From NCBI GenBank assembly GCA_963813715.1, contig CAWFAK010000007.1:96001-160000 (forward strand): a stretch of 64,000 nt of DNA, read 5' to 3'. Both the position numbers and the translations under genes were made by a program. Shown here in pieces: positions 1 to 9,459 of the stretch; positions within the stretch are counted from its first letter, which is position 1, and every line of letters begins with the position of its first letter. This stretch comes from an uncultured Planctomycetaceae bacterium (GTDB lineage Bacteria; Planctomycetota; Planctomycetia; Planctomycetales; Planctomycetaceae). The notes below the pieces were generated by a model, which was not told where the DNA came from, ran no database searches, and saw only the letters and a program-made list of their open reading frames with translations.

Positions 1-1
1 C

Positions 2-805
2 CGCGGCATGTACCTGCAGAACCTGGGCAAATACGACGAGGCGGTCGTCGACTTCACTCGGGCCGTCGAGCGCGACCCGAACTACTTCGTCGCCTACGCG
101 AACCGGGGCTTCACGTTGTTGCAGATGGACAACCCGACCGCGGCGGAAGTCGACTTCACGCAGGCGCTCAAGATCAACCCGCAGCAATCCTTCGTCTACA
201 ACCTGCGGGCACAGACGAAAATCGCCACCGGCGACGTGGCAGGCGCCGTCAAAGACCAGCAGTTGGCCGTCGAGCAGTCGCCCAAAGATCCGGTCGCGCT
301 GGGCGACTTGGGCTTCGTGAACTTCTTCGCCGAGGATTATTCCGCCGCCCTCGCCGCCTTCGACGCGGCCTTGGTCCTCGACCCCGAGTTCAAGCACCTC
401 AACCCCTGGAAAATCGTGGCGCTCGAGCGGCTGGGCAAAGGCAACGGCCTCAAGGACCAGTTCAAGGACAGCCTCTCCAAGGACATGAAGCTGCGGACCT
501 GGGTCGACCATCTCATCGCCTACCTGCTGGGGGCCGAGAACGAAGGCCAGCTCCTCGCCGACGCACAGACCGCCAAGGACCCGCTCAAGACCGACGAAAC
601 GTGCGAGGCCTGCTACTTCATCGGCCTCACGCGAGCGGCGGCCGGCAAGACCAGCGAGGCGGCCGACATGCTGCAACGGGCCGTCGCCACCAAGTCCCGC
701 CAGCTCTCGGCCTTCCGCGGAGCCCAAGTTGCCCTGCGGAAGATCAACCCCAACGCCCCCGGCACCTCAGCCGCAATCCCCGCGGCAATCACGCCGGCGA
801 AGTAG
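2..805 (+). CDS. Tetratricopeptide-repeat protein with NlpI-like C-terminus, 5' truncated by window edge
   Basis: Frame open from position 2; tandem TPR units (YDEAVVDFTRAVERDP, AYANRG, ALKINP); C-terminal CEACYFIG resembles NlpI. Confidence 0.85.
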   Translation, partial: RGMYLQNLGKYDEAVVDFTRAVERDPNYFVAYANRGFTLLQMDNPTAAEVDFTQALKINPQQSFVYNLRAQTKIATGDVAGAVKDQQLAVEQSPKDPVALGDLGFVNFFAEDYSAALAAFDAALVLDPEFKHLNPWKIVALERLGKGNGLKDQFKDSLSKDMKLRTWVDHLIAYLLGAENEGQLLADAQTAKDPLKTDETCEACYFIGLTRAAAGKTSEAADMLQRAVATKSRQLSAFRGAQVALRKINPNAPGTSAAIPAAITPAK

Positions 806-839
806 TGGCCCGTCCTCGACGCTCGGCGAAGGCCCCGAG

Positions 840-1166
840 ATGGCCACCGCGGAATCTCAGCAACACCTGCTGCAGGCCGCCATCGACCAGGTCGTCAAGG
901 ATTTTGCCAACCGCTTGCCGATCCTGCGGACGATGGTTGATCGCCTTCGGCCCACGCCCTGCGACCCGAATCCGCAGCTCTTCGTATTCTTTTTCGTCGA
1001 CGAAGAAACCGAGCGCTCGAGCACGTGCCTCGCTTTGGCCAAGGAACTCGATGCGGCCTTCCGCCGCGCGCTCTTACTCTCCAACTATTTCCGCAAAAGC
1101 CACGAAACGGTCGAGACGCTCGTGCTGTCGGAGGCGAGCTACAACACGCCCTGGTTTCGACGCTAG
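840..1166 (+). CDS. Hypothetical protein (~108 aa)
   Basis: ATG at 840 inside ORF 729..1166, 35 bp after the TPR stop; protein-like composition from MATAESQQ onward. Confidence 0.6.
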   Translation: MATAESQQHLLQAAIDQVVKDFANRLPILRTMVDRLRPTPCDPNPQLFVFFFVDEETERSSTCLALAKELDAAFRRALLLSNYFRKSHETVETLVLSEASYNTPWFRR

Positions 1167-1169
1167 AGC

Positions 1170-1257
1170 CGGGGTGGCACTGGCGGCTCGTCCGCCAGTG
1201 GTATTCTCCTCGAGTTTTAAGAAAGACACTGGCTGACAAGCAGCCAGTGCCACCCCG
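1170..1257. repeat. REP doublet (REPIN-like), family A
   Basis: cggggtggcactggcggctcgtccgccagtg (1170-1200) and inverted copy cactggctgacaagcagccagtgccaccccg (1227-1257); each arm has its own hairpin. Confidence 0.85.
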
Positions 1258-1511
1258 TGCACGTATTCAATCCGCGCGGCGGAACGTGAGGGCACCGGAT
1301 GGCGGGGCGCTCCGCTTCGCGGAAGCCCCCGTCTTGTGTGGGGACCTGATAGTTCCAGGGGCTTCCGCTGCGCAGAGCGCCCGGCCAAGCGAGGCGATAT
1401 TGACCGCTCTCCTCGCACTTGGAAAATGTTGCGGTCGCTCCAGGCGCGACTTACGATTGAGGCTAATCCCGCCGAGACTGACGCCCGGTTCATCAGCGGA
1501 ATGCGGATCCC

Positions 1512-2054
1512 ATGTCAAACCCGTCCCTGTCGAAATACGACTGGGGGATTACGCTTGGTCTCGCCGGCGGCACGATTGGCGCCGCGGGCTGGATATTCGG
1601 CGCAGCGCTCGAGCTCGTTGCCGATCCTTCGCATTCAGTGGCCATCCTGGACATTCTTGTCGTCCTATCGGGCGCCCTGGGTGTCATGCTGACTGGCTTT
1701 TTCGTGTGGTGCTTATATCTTTCCAGGCGCAGAATGAGCCTCTTCTTCGTGACGGAGGCGTTGCTGGGCGCGTCGTTGGTGTTTGGGACGCTCGCGATCT
1801 TATGGATGCACGCGCGGGGAGTGTTGGCTCTTGCAGTCGGAGGACATGCCGACAATGGTCAACCCGGGAACGAGGTCTGGGAAACAATCGGTCGTCACGT
1901 CCCGCCAGAACTCGTGTACGCAGTCCCGTTGCTCATTTTGGGCATGATGGCGGCCATTTGGTGGCCTCCCTCGCGGAGACGGCTGTTTACACGTCACACA
2001 CACATCCAGCGCGGTACGCCGGAAGGCGAGCGGCCATGGCATCTGCCGATTTGA
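1512..2054 (+). CDS. Hypothetical membrane protein (about 4 TM helices)
   Basis: 180 aa ORF with four long hydrophobic segments. Confidence 0.7.
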   Translation: MSNPSLSKYDWGITLGLAGGTIGAAGWIFGAALELVADPSHSVAILDILVVLSGALGVMLTGFFVWCLYLSRRRMSLFFVTEALLGASLVFGTLAILWMHARGVLALAVGGHADNGQPGNEVWETIGRHVPPELVYAVPLLILGMMAAIWWPPSRRRLFTRHTHIQRGTPEGERPWHLPI

Positions 2055-2068
2055 CCCTCCCTGTTCCC

Positions 2069-2177
2069 GGCGAGCGGCGGGTGTCAGCCCGCCGGTTTTC
2101 ATGGCGTCCCTGAGGCAAGCGCGCTCCAAAGCCGCTGGTTTTAGACAGAACCGGCGGGCTGACGCCCGCCGCTCGCC
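2069..2177. repeat. REP doublet (REPIN-like), family B, between convergent genes
   Basis: ggcgagcggcgggtgtcagcccgccggtt (2069-2097) and inverted aaccggcgggctgacgcccgccgctcgcc (2149-2177), 28/29 identical. Confidence 0.85.
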
Positions 2178-2218
2178 CCGGAGTAAGAAGCGGCGCCCGG
2201 GGCCCGGAGAAAGAAAAA

Positions 2219-3545
2219 TCAGGCCGCTTCGACGATCAGCGCGGCCGCCTGGCCGAACGTCGTCGTGTTGAGGTTCAACACGATGCGATTCGACGTCGGC
2301 TGCGGTTTGTCGGCGACGATGTTGAGGGGGCGGCAGGCCGGGTCCGGCGTGTGGTAGTTCTTGGTCGCCGGGATCAGGCCCTGCCGGAGGCCGGCCAATG
2401 AGCCGGCCAGTTCGAGGGCGCCGCAGCTCGCGCCCGGGTTCGCCAGCACGCTTTTGAGGGCCGTCACCGGCACCGTCGCGCCGGCCGGGCCGAAGATTTC
2501 GTGAATGGCGAGCGGCTTCGTCGACGTCGATCCAGGGCGTCCCCAGTCCGTGCGCGTTGACGTGGCCGATGTCGGCCGGAGTCAGGCCGGCGTCGCGAAT
2601 GGCCGCGCGGGCCGCGTTGACGATCGCCCGCGTCACCTTGTTCGTGCCGTTGCGATCGAAGGCGCACGACGAACCGGCACCCAGAATGCGTCCCAGAATT
2701 TTCGCGCCGCGGGCCTTCGCGTGGCCCTCTTCTTCGAGGATCATCGAGCAGGCGCCTTCGGCCAGCACCTCGCCCCGCCGCGTTTTGTCGAACGGACGAC
2801 ACCAGGTTTCGGGCGGCTCGTCGCCGTAGTCGGCCAAAATGTCCCACAGCGCGGCGTGCATCGATTTGACGGGATGAATCCGCGTGCCCGTCGTGCCGGC
2901 CACCATGGTGTCGGCCTGTCCTCGCGTGATCACATAAAAGGCTTCGGCCGCCGCCAGATTGCCCGACGCTTCGTTCTGCGTGATCGAGTTGCTCGGGCCG
3001 CGTGCGTCGGCATAAATGCCGATGTGGCAGGCCGGCATGTTGGGCAGATATCTCAAGAGCCAGAGCGGCTCGAGGTTGCTGATTCCCTGCGAGCCCCAAT
3101 GCTTGAGGCGGAAGCGAAACTCGGTGTCGCCCTCGTCGACGCAGTGCCAGGCCGGGTCTTTGAGCACGTCGGGCGGGCTGAACATCAGGTTCGCGCCGAA
3201 CTCGACGCCGAACCGTTCGTGATCGATGGCTTCCATGTCGAGGGCCGAGTTTTCGATCGCCATCGAGGCGGAAGCCACGCCGAACTGGATCTCCCGGCAC
3301 ATCACCTTGATGCTTTTGCGCTGTTTTTTCAGGTACTCGTTCTTGGCCGTCGCGTCGGTGAAATCCTTGATTTCGCCGCCGACGTTTTTGGGAGCACCCG
3401 AATAGGAGACCGACTCGAGCCGCGAAATGCCGCTCTTACCCTCGAGCAGGTTCTTGCTGAAGGTGTCAAAGCCGATGCCGAGGGGGCTGACAATTCCGAC
3501 ACCGGTGATCACCACCCGTCGGGGAGAATCGCAACTGCGTGTCAT
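2219..3545 (-). CDS. Beta-ketoacyl-ACP synthase (FabF-like) paralog with non-canonical active site; one frameshift near 2510
   Basis: RVVITGVGIVSPLG, CRPFD..R.G.VLAEGA, NAHGLGT; C-terminus (VTALKS...FGQAAALIV) is in ORF 2219..2473. Confidence 0.88.
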
Positions 3546-3686
3546 GGTCTCACGGAAACAGGGCGAAAGGCGGAACGCGCGGAGCCTTCAAATCCGCATC
3601 AACCACAGGGTTTGGGAGGAATGCGGACGACAGGAGCTTCTCTAGCCGAGCCTATAGCAGAGAAGATACGCGCGTCGATTGCAAGC

Positions 3687-4400
3687 TCAATGGGCCATCG
3701 GCCGCCACGACTGGCCGGCCGCCGAGGGGTCGGCACCCGAGCCGCCAGGCGTCTGGTAACCGGCCGACTGCACACCGGGATCGGCGCTCGGACCGCCGCT
3801 GATCGGCCCCTGCGTACCAAAGGGCATCGGGCCGCCAGCCGCTCCGGGAGCGCCGGCCTGTGCCACTTGCATGCCGGCCGGATAGCCCGGTGCGGCATTG
3901 GTGTTCGGTGAGCCCGGCATCATCCGCGAACCGTACGGTGCGAACGTCAGTTGTTGAGTGGGACCGTTGAGGACGGCCGGATTCACGCCGTTGGCCGCCA
4001 GAAACTGATCGGCACCGGGGGTCGATTTCAAACCCTGGCCCCGCTGTTGAACGGCCATGGCAATCTGCGCATCGGGCATGCCGGCCCGCGACATGGCCAC
4101 TACGTCCTGGGCAGTCAGACCCTGCTGAGCACCCGCCTGCTGCGTCGCCTGCATAAAGGCCTCGCGATTCTGCTGCGAATATCCGCTGACGCCCGGAGCA
4201 GCCGCCTGGCCGCCCGGATAGGGCGGAGCTTGCGGTCCGTTGGCGCCGTTGAACATTGGCGAGCCGTTGTACGACGCGAAGGGGGCACTCGACTGCGACG
4301 GCGGCCCGGAGGAACAGCCGACGAACGAGGCAGCGAGCAACGATGCTCCCACAATCCCCGCGGCAACCAGCAGTTTGACGCGCAATTGGGATTCGCTCAT
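3687..4400 (-). CDS. Putative lipoprotein, Pro/Gly/Gln-rich low complexity
   Basis: Signal peptide ending in lipobox SFVGC; central helical segment LTAQDVVAMSRAGMPDAQIAMAVQQRG. Confidence 0.7.
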   Translation of the reverse strand: MSESQLRVKLLVAAGIVGASLLAASFVGCSSGPPSQSSAPFASYNGSPMFNGANGPQAPPYPGGQAAAPGVSGYSQQNREAFMQATQQAGAQQGLTAQDVVAMSRAGMPDAQIAMAVQQRGQGLKSTPGADQFLAANGVNPAVLNGPTQQLTFAPYGSRMMPGSPNTNAAPGYPAGMQVAQAGAPGAAGGPMPFGTQGPISGGPSADPGVQSAGYQTPGGSGADPSAAGQSWRPMAH

Positions 4401-4702
4401 GACAGGAAACTCCTGTTTCAACAAGTGTCCTGGTCGAAGGCGTGGTGTTTTCGCAGGCCCAGTCGTGACTGCACGAACGGGATCGAAATGCCGAATCGGC
4501 CGGACGTTCGAGATTGGATTTTGATGGGGGATGTGGGGAGAGGCGGGCGGAATCTTACAAATCGGCCAAAACAGGTCAAGAGCGGATTGGAGCGGAAAAG
4601 GCCGGCATCCGTAGGGTGTGACAAATCCGCCAAAAAGGGGGACGCAGGCACACCATCTTTATTCCTGTGCCGACGCTAGACTAACAGCGGAGGCGAAATC
4701 AA

Positions 4703-4904
4703 TTGGGTTACATCATTAAGGTGTCGAACAACCCCGGTGCGGGCGCCTGGATATCCAGGCTGAATTCCGAAGGCATCCGCAGCATCGGCACGCAGCGAAA
4801 GGCCCAGGTGTTCCCAACGCCGCGAGGGAGCACAACAGGAGATCGACAGGCTGTCCGGTCATCTGCCGGTCGGCCCCTGCCGCTTTAAGATTGAACAGGA
4901 ATGA
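4703..4904 (+). CDS. Small hypothetical protein (~66 aa), probable frameshift near 4820
   Basis: GGAGG RBS before TTG 4703; after VFPT another frame reads AQQEIDRLSGHLPVGPCRFKIEQE and stops at 4904. Confidence 0.45.
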
Positions 4905-5061
4905 TTGCGCCGCAGATACGCTTCACGTTCGCGTTTTCCAGTCCCTGGGGCTGGCGGCTGAATTGAGCACAACATGAGCGACGAGACGATCGTTCCGGCC
5001 CTCTCTGATCGATCGGTAATCGCGATCGCGGAATCCCGCGCTTAGTCATTGGCCCCTGGTG

Positions 5062-5394
5062 TTATTTGGCGGGCGGCGTCGGCGGCAGCCAGCTGTCTTT
5101 GGGGACGCCGATGGTGGCGACGTGAGCGGGAGTGCCTTCGCGCGTGCTGGGAGCGTCCCAAACGTAGAGGATCGTGCCGGTCTCGTTCGTCGTGTAGAGC
5201 CGCGTCGCCATCCGCCCTGCATTAGCCCCAATCGCATCGACGGCTACGCCGCCGGCATGGGCCGTGTTCTCCAGCGACGGCCAGCCGTCGCTCCCCCGCC
5301 CGTGCAGACCCTGACTGTGCAGACCGTGTCCGACGTAAAAGATGCCGACACAAACCGCGACGGCGACAATTCGCCAAAATTTGCTGTCACGCAT
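5062..5394 (-). CDS. Hypothetical exported or membrane-anchored protein
   Basis: MRDSKFWRIVAVAVCVGIFYVG N-terminal hydrophobic helix within ORF 5062..5511. Confidence 0.65.
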   Translation of the reverse strand: MRDSKFWRIVAVAVCVGIFYVGHGLHSQGLHGRGSDGWPSLENTAHAGGVAVDAIGANAGRMATRLYTTNETGTILYVWDAPSTREGTPAHVATIGVPKDSWLPPTPPAK

Positions 5395-5451
5395 GGAAGC
5401 TGGCCTTTCAGAACGAGCCGCGAACAAATCGGACGCAGCCACCATCTTAAG

Positions 5452-5582
5452 GCTCGAATGACGAAGCACGAATGCTGCCTCAGTCCGCCCGTGGTGGGAC
5501 GAAAGAAGCACGAAGCTCGAAACCCGAATTAAAGGGCTTTTGTTCGTGCTTAGGTCATTCGGTCATTCGTTTCGTCATTTGC
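5452..5582. repeat. Heptamer-periodic (CGAATGA-like) MITE-like element, copy 1
   Basis: First 60 bp identical to 9284-9343; 27 bp (5542-5568) identical to 9365-9391. Confidence 0.85.
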
Positions 5583-5608
5583 ACGCGTGCTGCTTGGCCC
5601 GTCGTCGG

Positions 5609-7287
5609 TCACGGCCCGGGTTGCGTCGCGTGTGTTTGCAGTTGTTGCTGGCGGCCGAGCAGTGTGTCGCTGAAGCCTTTGAGGTCCGTCCAGAAGGTGC
5701 CGTCGCCAGCGTAGAGCAGGTGCAGTCGCAGGTCTTCGGGCAGGCCGGTCGCGAAGACCCATTGGTTGTACGACTCGGGGGCGCCGAAGGCTGAAACGGC
5801 CAGCTGCAGCTTCTGAGCACGGGCTTGCTCGAGCAGCTTCTTCGCCGACGCTTCCGCCTCGCCCTTGAGAATGGTGGCTTGCGCCTGGATCTCGGCCGTG
5901 CGCCGGTCGATGGTTGCCTGCTTCTGCACGGTTTCGGCCCGCGTCTCCTCGGCGGTGCGGCGGCCCTCGGCGATCTTTTCCGCCTCGAGCTTTTCGGTCT
6001 CTGCCCCGATCCGCTGCGACTCGTACTCGACCCGGGCCGTCGCCTCCTGCAACGTCGCCTCGGTCTTGCGGGTGATTTGCTTTTGCTCGTTGGTCAGCTT
6101 GATCTCGTCGGCAATGAAGCGTTCCTGGATCGGCTGCCGCACGTCGAGCGGAATGTAGATGTGCCGCACCAGGCCGTGCAGCAGCGTGAGGTCTTTCTCC
6201 TCCAAGATTTTTTCGAACGCGGCCGTCGTGTCCTCCTGGAACTTCATTCGCGAATCGCCCACGAGTAGCTCGACCGCGCCCAGCCGCGAACCCTGGTTGC
6301 GGCAGATACTCTCGATCTGCGGGATGACGACCTTGGTTTCGACCGCGTCGGTAGTGCCGAATTTTCGCAGGACGTCGGGAGCCTGCTCGGGCGTGATCCC
6401 CCAGACGGCGGTGAAATCCATGTGAATGTCGAAGCCGTCGTTCGACGGGAATTTGATGCCGCTATCATCGTCGGCGATGATCGGCTCGCCGCTCTCGTCG
6501 AGCGTGGCCTGACCGTCGGTGTCGCGTTTGAAGTTCGAGTTGACGCTGGTGACGCTGTAGCCGACGCCGATGATGTCGAGCTGCTCTTCCTTCGGGTTGA
6601 CCGGGTAGATGCCGGGCTGCAGCACCTTGTTCTGAATGCCGGGCAGCGTGCCGCGGATCGGGTTGGGAGCCAGGTTGGTGACGACGCCGACGAAACCGGT
6701 GGGAATGTTGACCCAGCCGGCGTGCTTCTCCTGTGCGTTCGGCTTGTCTTGCGAGCCCGACTTCACCACCTGCTCGCCGATCACCTCGACCGAGTAGGCA
6801 TACGGATTGATGCGGTAGCAGCCCGGAGCGAGGACGTTGCGAAAAATGCCCTTCTGCATCGTGCTGCCGAGCATGCCGTCGACCAGGAATTCGCCGCGAG
6901 GCAAGTCGTCGCCCATCTTGCAGGTGGCGATGCCGACGTGCCCGCCTTCAATCACCAGGTCGTCGACCAGTTCGCGTTCCCACCACAGCGGGCAATAAAA
7001 GTGTCGCCCCGGCCCCCGCATCCGCTCGAGGTAGCCGATCTCCAGCGGCGCCCGCTCTCATCCACGCGGGCGAAATGGCCGGGCTGGGCCGGCGGCTTGC
7101 TGCTGACGAGCGGAAAGCCCTTGTACCGCAAGAGGAGACTTTTCCCCTCCGGCACGTAGACCCGGTTGTAGCCCCAGTCGATCGCCTGCCACATCGCGGC
7201 ACAGAGCAAGAACGCGGCGGCCGCCAACGTGCCGAAGGGCACCAACCGCTGCGCACGCGACCGACCCGAATTGGAAAGTTGACTCAT
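5609..7287 (-). CDS. SPFH/band-7 domain membrane protein (paralog B); frameshifted near 7020-7055
   Basis: N-terminal TM in ORF 6952..7287; three PGxY/HF..P repeats; FPSNDGFDIHMDFTAVW SPFH core; Ala/Glu coiled-coil tail. Confidence 0.85.
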
Positions 7288-7368
7288 CGCACTCGTCTCC
7301 TGGATTCCCGATCAGAAGGATTTCCGATCCGTGGGACTTCCGTCTGGGCAAAAAGGGCCGCGCGTCGC

Positions 7369-9104
7369 TTACTTCTGAAGTGCGGGACTCGTCGCGTTGT
7401 CATGCCGCGTCAGGCTGGCCGCGTGGGGCAGCGGGTTGACCGGCGGCGTCGGCGTGAGTTTATCGGGTGCGCCGGGCTTGGTGGTCGACTTCCGTGCGAC
7501 GCCGCCCGGCGCGCGAAGGACTCGAAGATCTGCATGATCGGGCTGTCCTTGGTGTTGACCATGATCTCGCGATAGGCGCCAGCCATCTTCTTGTAGAGCG
7601 TGAAGCGGGCGAACGCGGCCCCGTCGCCGCCGAAGGCCGTCACCGACTGTTGCCAGCCGGCCGCCTCGGCCTCGTTCTGGAAGTGAACGACCTCGGCCGC
7701 CGCCTTGCCGCGCGAGACAACGGCTGCCGCCTCGTCCTTCGCCGCCTCCAGCTTGAACTGGGCCACCTTGAGATCCTGGTTGGCCTTGGTGACGGCCACG
7801 TCCATTTCCCGCTTGGCCTGCGTCGTCAGCTTGATGACCTGTTGATCCGCGTGGACGAGGGCCTCCTTCTGCTTGACCATTTCCGTCTCGATCGCCAGCT
7901 TCTGCTGCGATTCCTGCTGCAGAATTTGCTGGCGGTATTGCAGCTCCTGCTGTTTGGCAATTTCGCGGTCGCGGACCGGCTTGGCGATCTTCTGCGGCGG
8001 CTTGATCTTGGTGATCAGCGCCTGAATGATCTCCACGCCCAGCGGATCGCACGAAGCCTTCATCGCCTTCTGAAAATCTTCCTGAAACTGCGTGCGGGTC
8101 TCGCCGTTGATGAACTGCCGCCCGCTTTCGTTCGAGCCGTTCAGCCGGCAGAAGCTGAGCGCGCTCGGGCGGATGATTTTGTCGATGATCTCCTCGTCGA
8201 TGTCGTCGCCGTTCTTCCGCTCGTTGTAGATCACGTAGACTTCGGCGGCCTTCTCCGGCTTGATGCGAAATTCGATGATGCCGTCCAGGCTCACCCAAAA
8301 GCCGTCCTTGGACGGAAAGCCCATGTCTTCGTTCTTCGCCGCCAGGTTGAACCGCTGGCTGCGGCAATCGACCAGGTTGATCCGCACTTCGTACGGGTTG
8401 ACGTAATACGTCCCCGGCTGCAGGGGCGACGCCTCGACTCCGCGAAATCCCTTCGGCACCAGAAACCGGTTCGGGTCTTTGGCGAACGGACCGGCCAGAT
8501 TCGTCTGAATGCCGACGAAGCCGGCCGGCACCGTCACCGGCTTTCCCTCACTGACCTGAAAGAGATACGGATTGATCTGATACCGGCCGGGCCGCAGCAC
8601 GCCGGGCACAACGCCCTTCGTCGTCGGCCGCCCTTCGTCATCGAGCCGCGCCAGAAATTCGCCGTAGGTCAAATCCTCGCCCGTCAGGCTCACACGGACG
8701 CCCATCATGCCTTCGGGAATGACCACCTGCGGCACGATCTTCCAATCCCAGGAGTAGGGATTGCGGAAGTAACGCCCCTCGGTGAGCACGGCCCGCTGCA
8801 CGCCGCGATGCTCTTCGTCCGGCGCGACCTGGTCGCTGTTCTCCAGGTCGAGCCCTTCCTTCTTGATGAGGACGGCGATGTGCTCTTTCGGCACGTCGAT
8901 CAGAAACTCGTGATACGAAGCCCACGCGACGAGCGCCCCGCCGAACACGAGCGCCGCCGTCCCCAGGCCGACATAGTTCGAGAACCGCGGCGGCGCAAAC
9001 CGACCCGACTGGCCCATCCGCGCTTTCCGCCACGACGCCGCGTCGCCCGCGCGATCCGCATCCTCATCTCGATCATCTGAAAAAGGCTGTTCATCCCGCG
9101 GCAT
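7369..9104 (-). CDS. SPFH/band-7 domain membrane protein (paralog A); C-terminus probably frameshifted near 7510 (alternative stop 7410)
   Basis: TM helix; LTEGRYFRNPY, LRPGRYQINPY, LQPGTYYVNPY repeats; FPSKDGFWVSLDGIIEFRI core; long coiled coil. Confidence 0.88.
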
Positions 9105-9283
9105 AGCACAGACTCCTCAAGCCACCGACGTCCACTGAATTGCATGAGGCGAAACCCCGCCCCTCGAAGGTCACAAACGCAACCCGCAGGCCAGCGGATC
9201 AAACGGCCGGGGCACGGAGCCCGGTCGAGCGGGCTAACCGCAATGCGGAGTGACAGTTACGCAGGGCTGCTTGCAAGCGGCAA

Positions 9284-9459
9284 GCTCGAATGACGAAGCA
9301 CGAATGCTGCCTCAGTCCGCCCGTGGTGGGACGAAAGAAGCACCAAGCCCGAATGAAGGCTTCCGTTCGTGCTTAGGTCATTCGGTCATTCCTTCGTCCC
9401 GCCACAGGCGGACTGAGGCAGCATTCGAGCTTCGTCATTTGCGCCCTTCGTCATTTGCG
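9284..9459. repeat. Heptamer-periodic MITE-like element, copy 2, with ~51-bp inverted arms
   Basis: 9289-9339 versus reverse complement of 9389-9439: 4 mismatches; ttcgtcatttgcg is duplicated at 9431 and 9447. Confidence 0.85.

Noticed and set aside
1301..1333. GC-rich hairpin ggcggggcgctccgcttcgcggaagcccccgtc
   Set aside because: Single imperfect copy with no U-tract, so it cannot be called a REP or terminator from this window.
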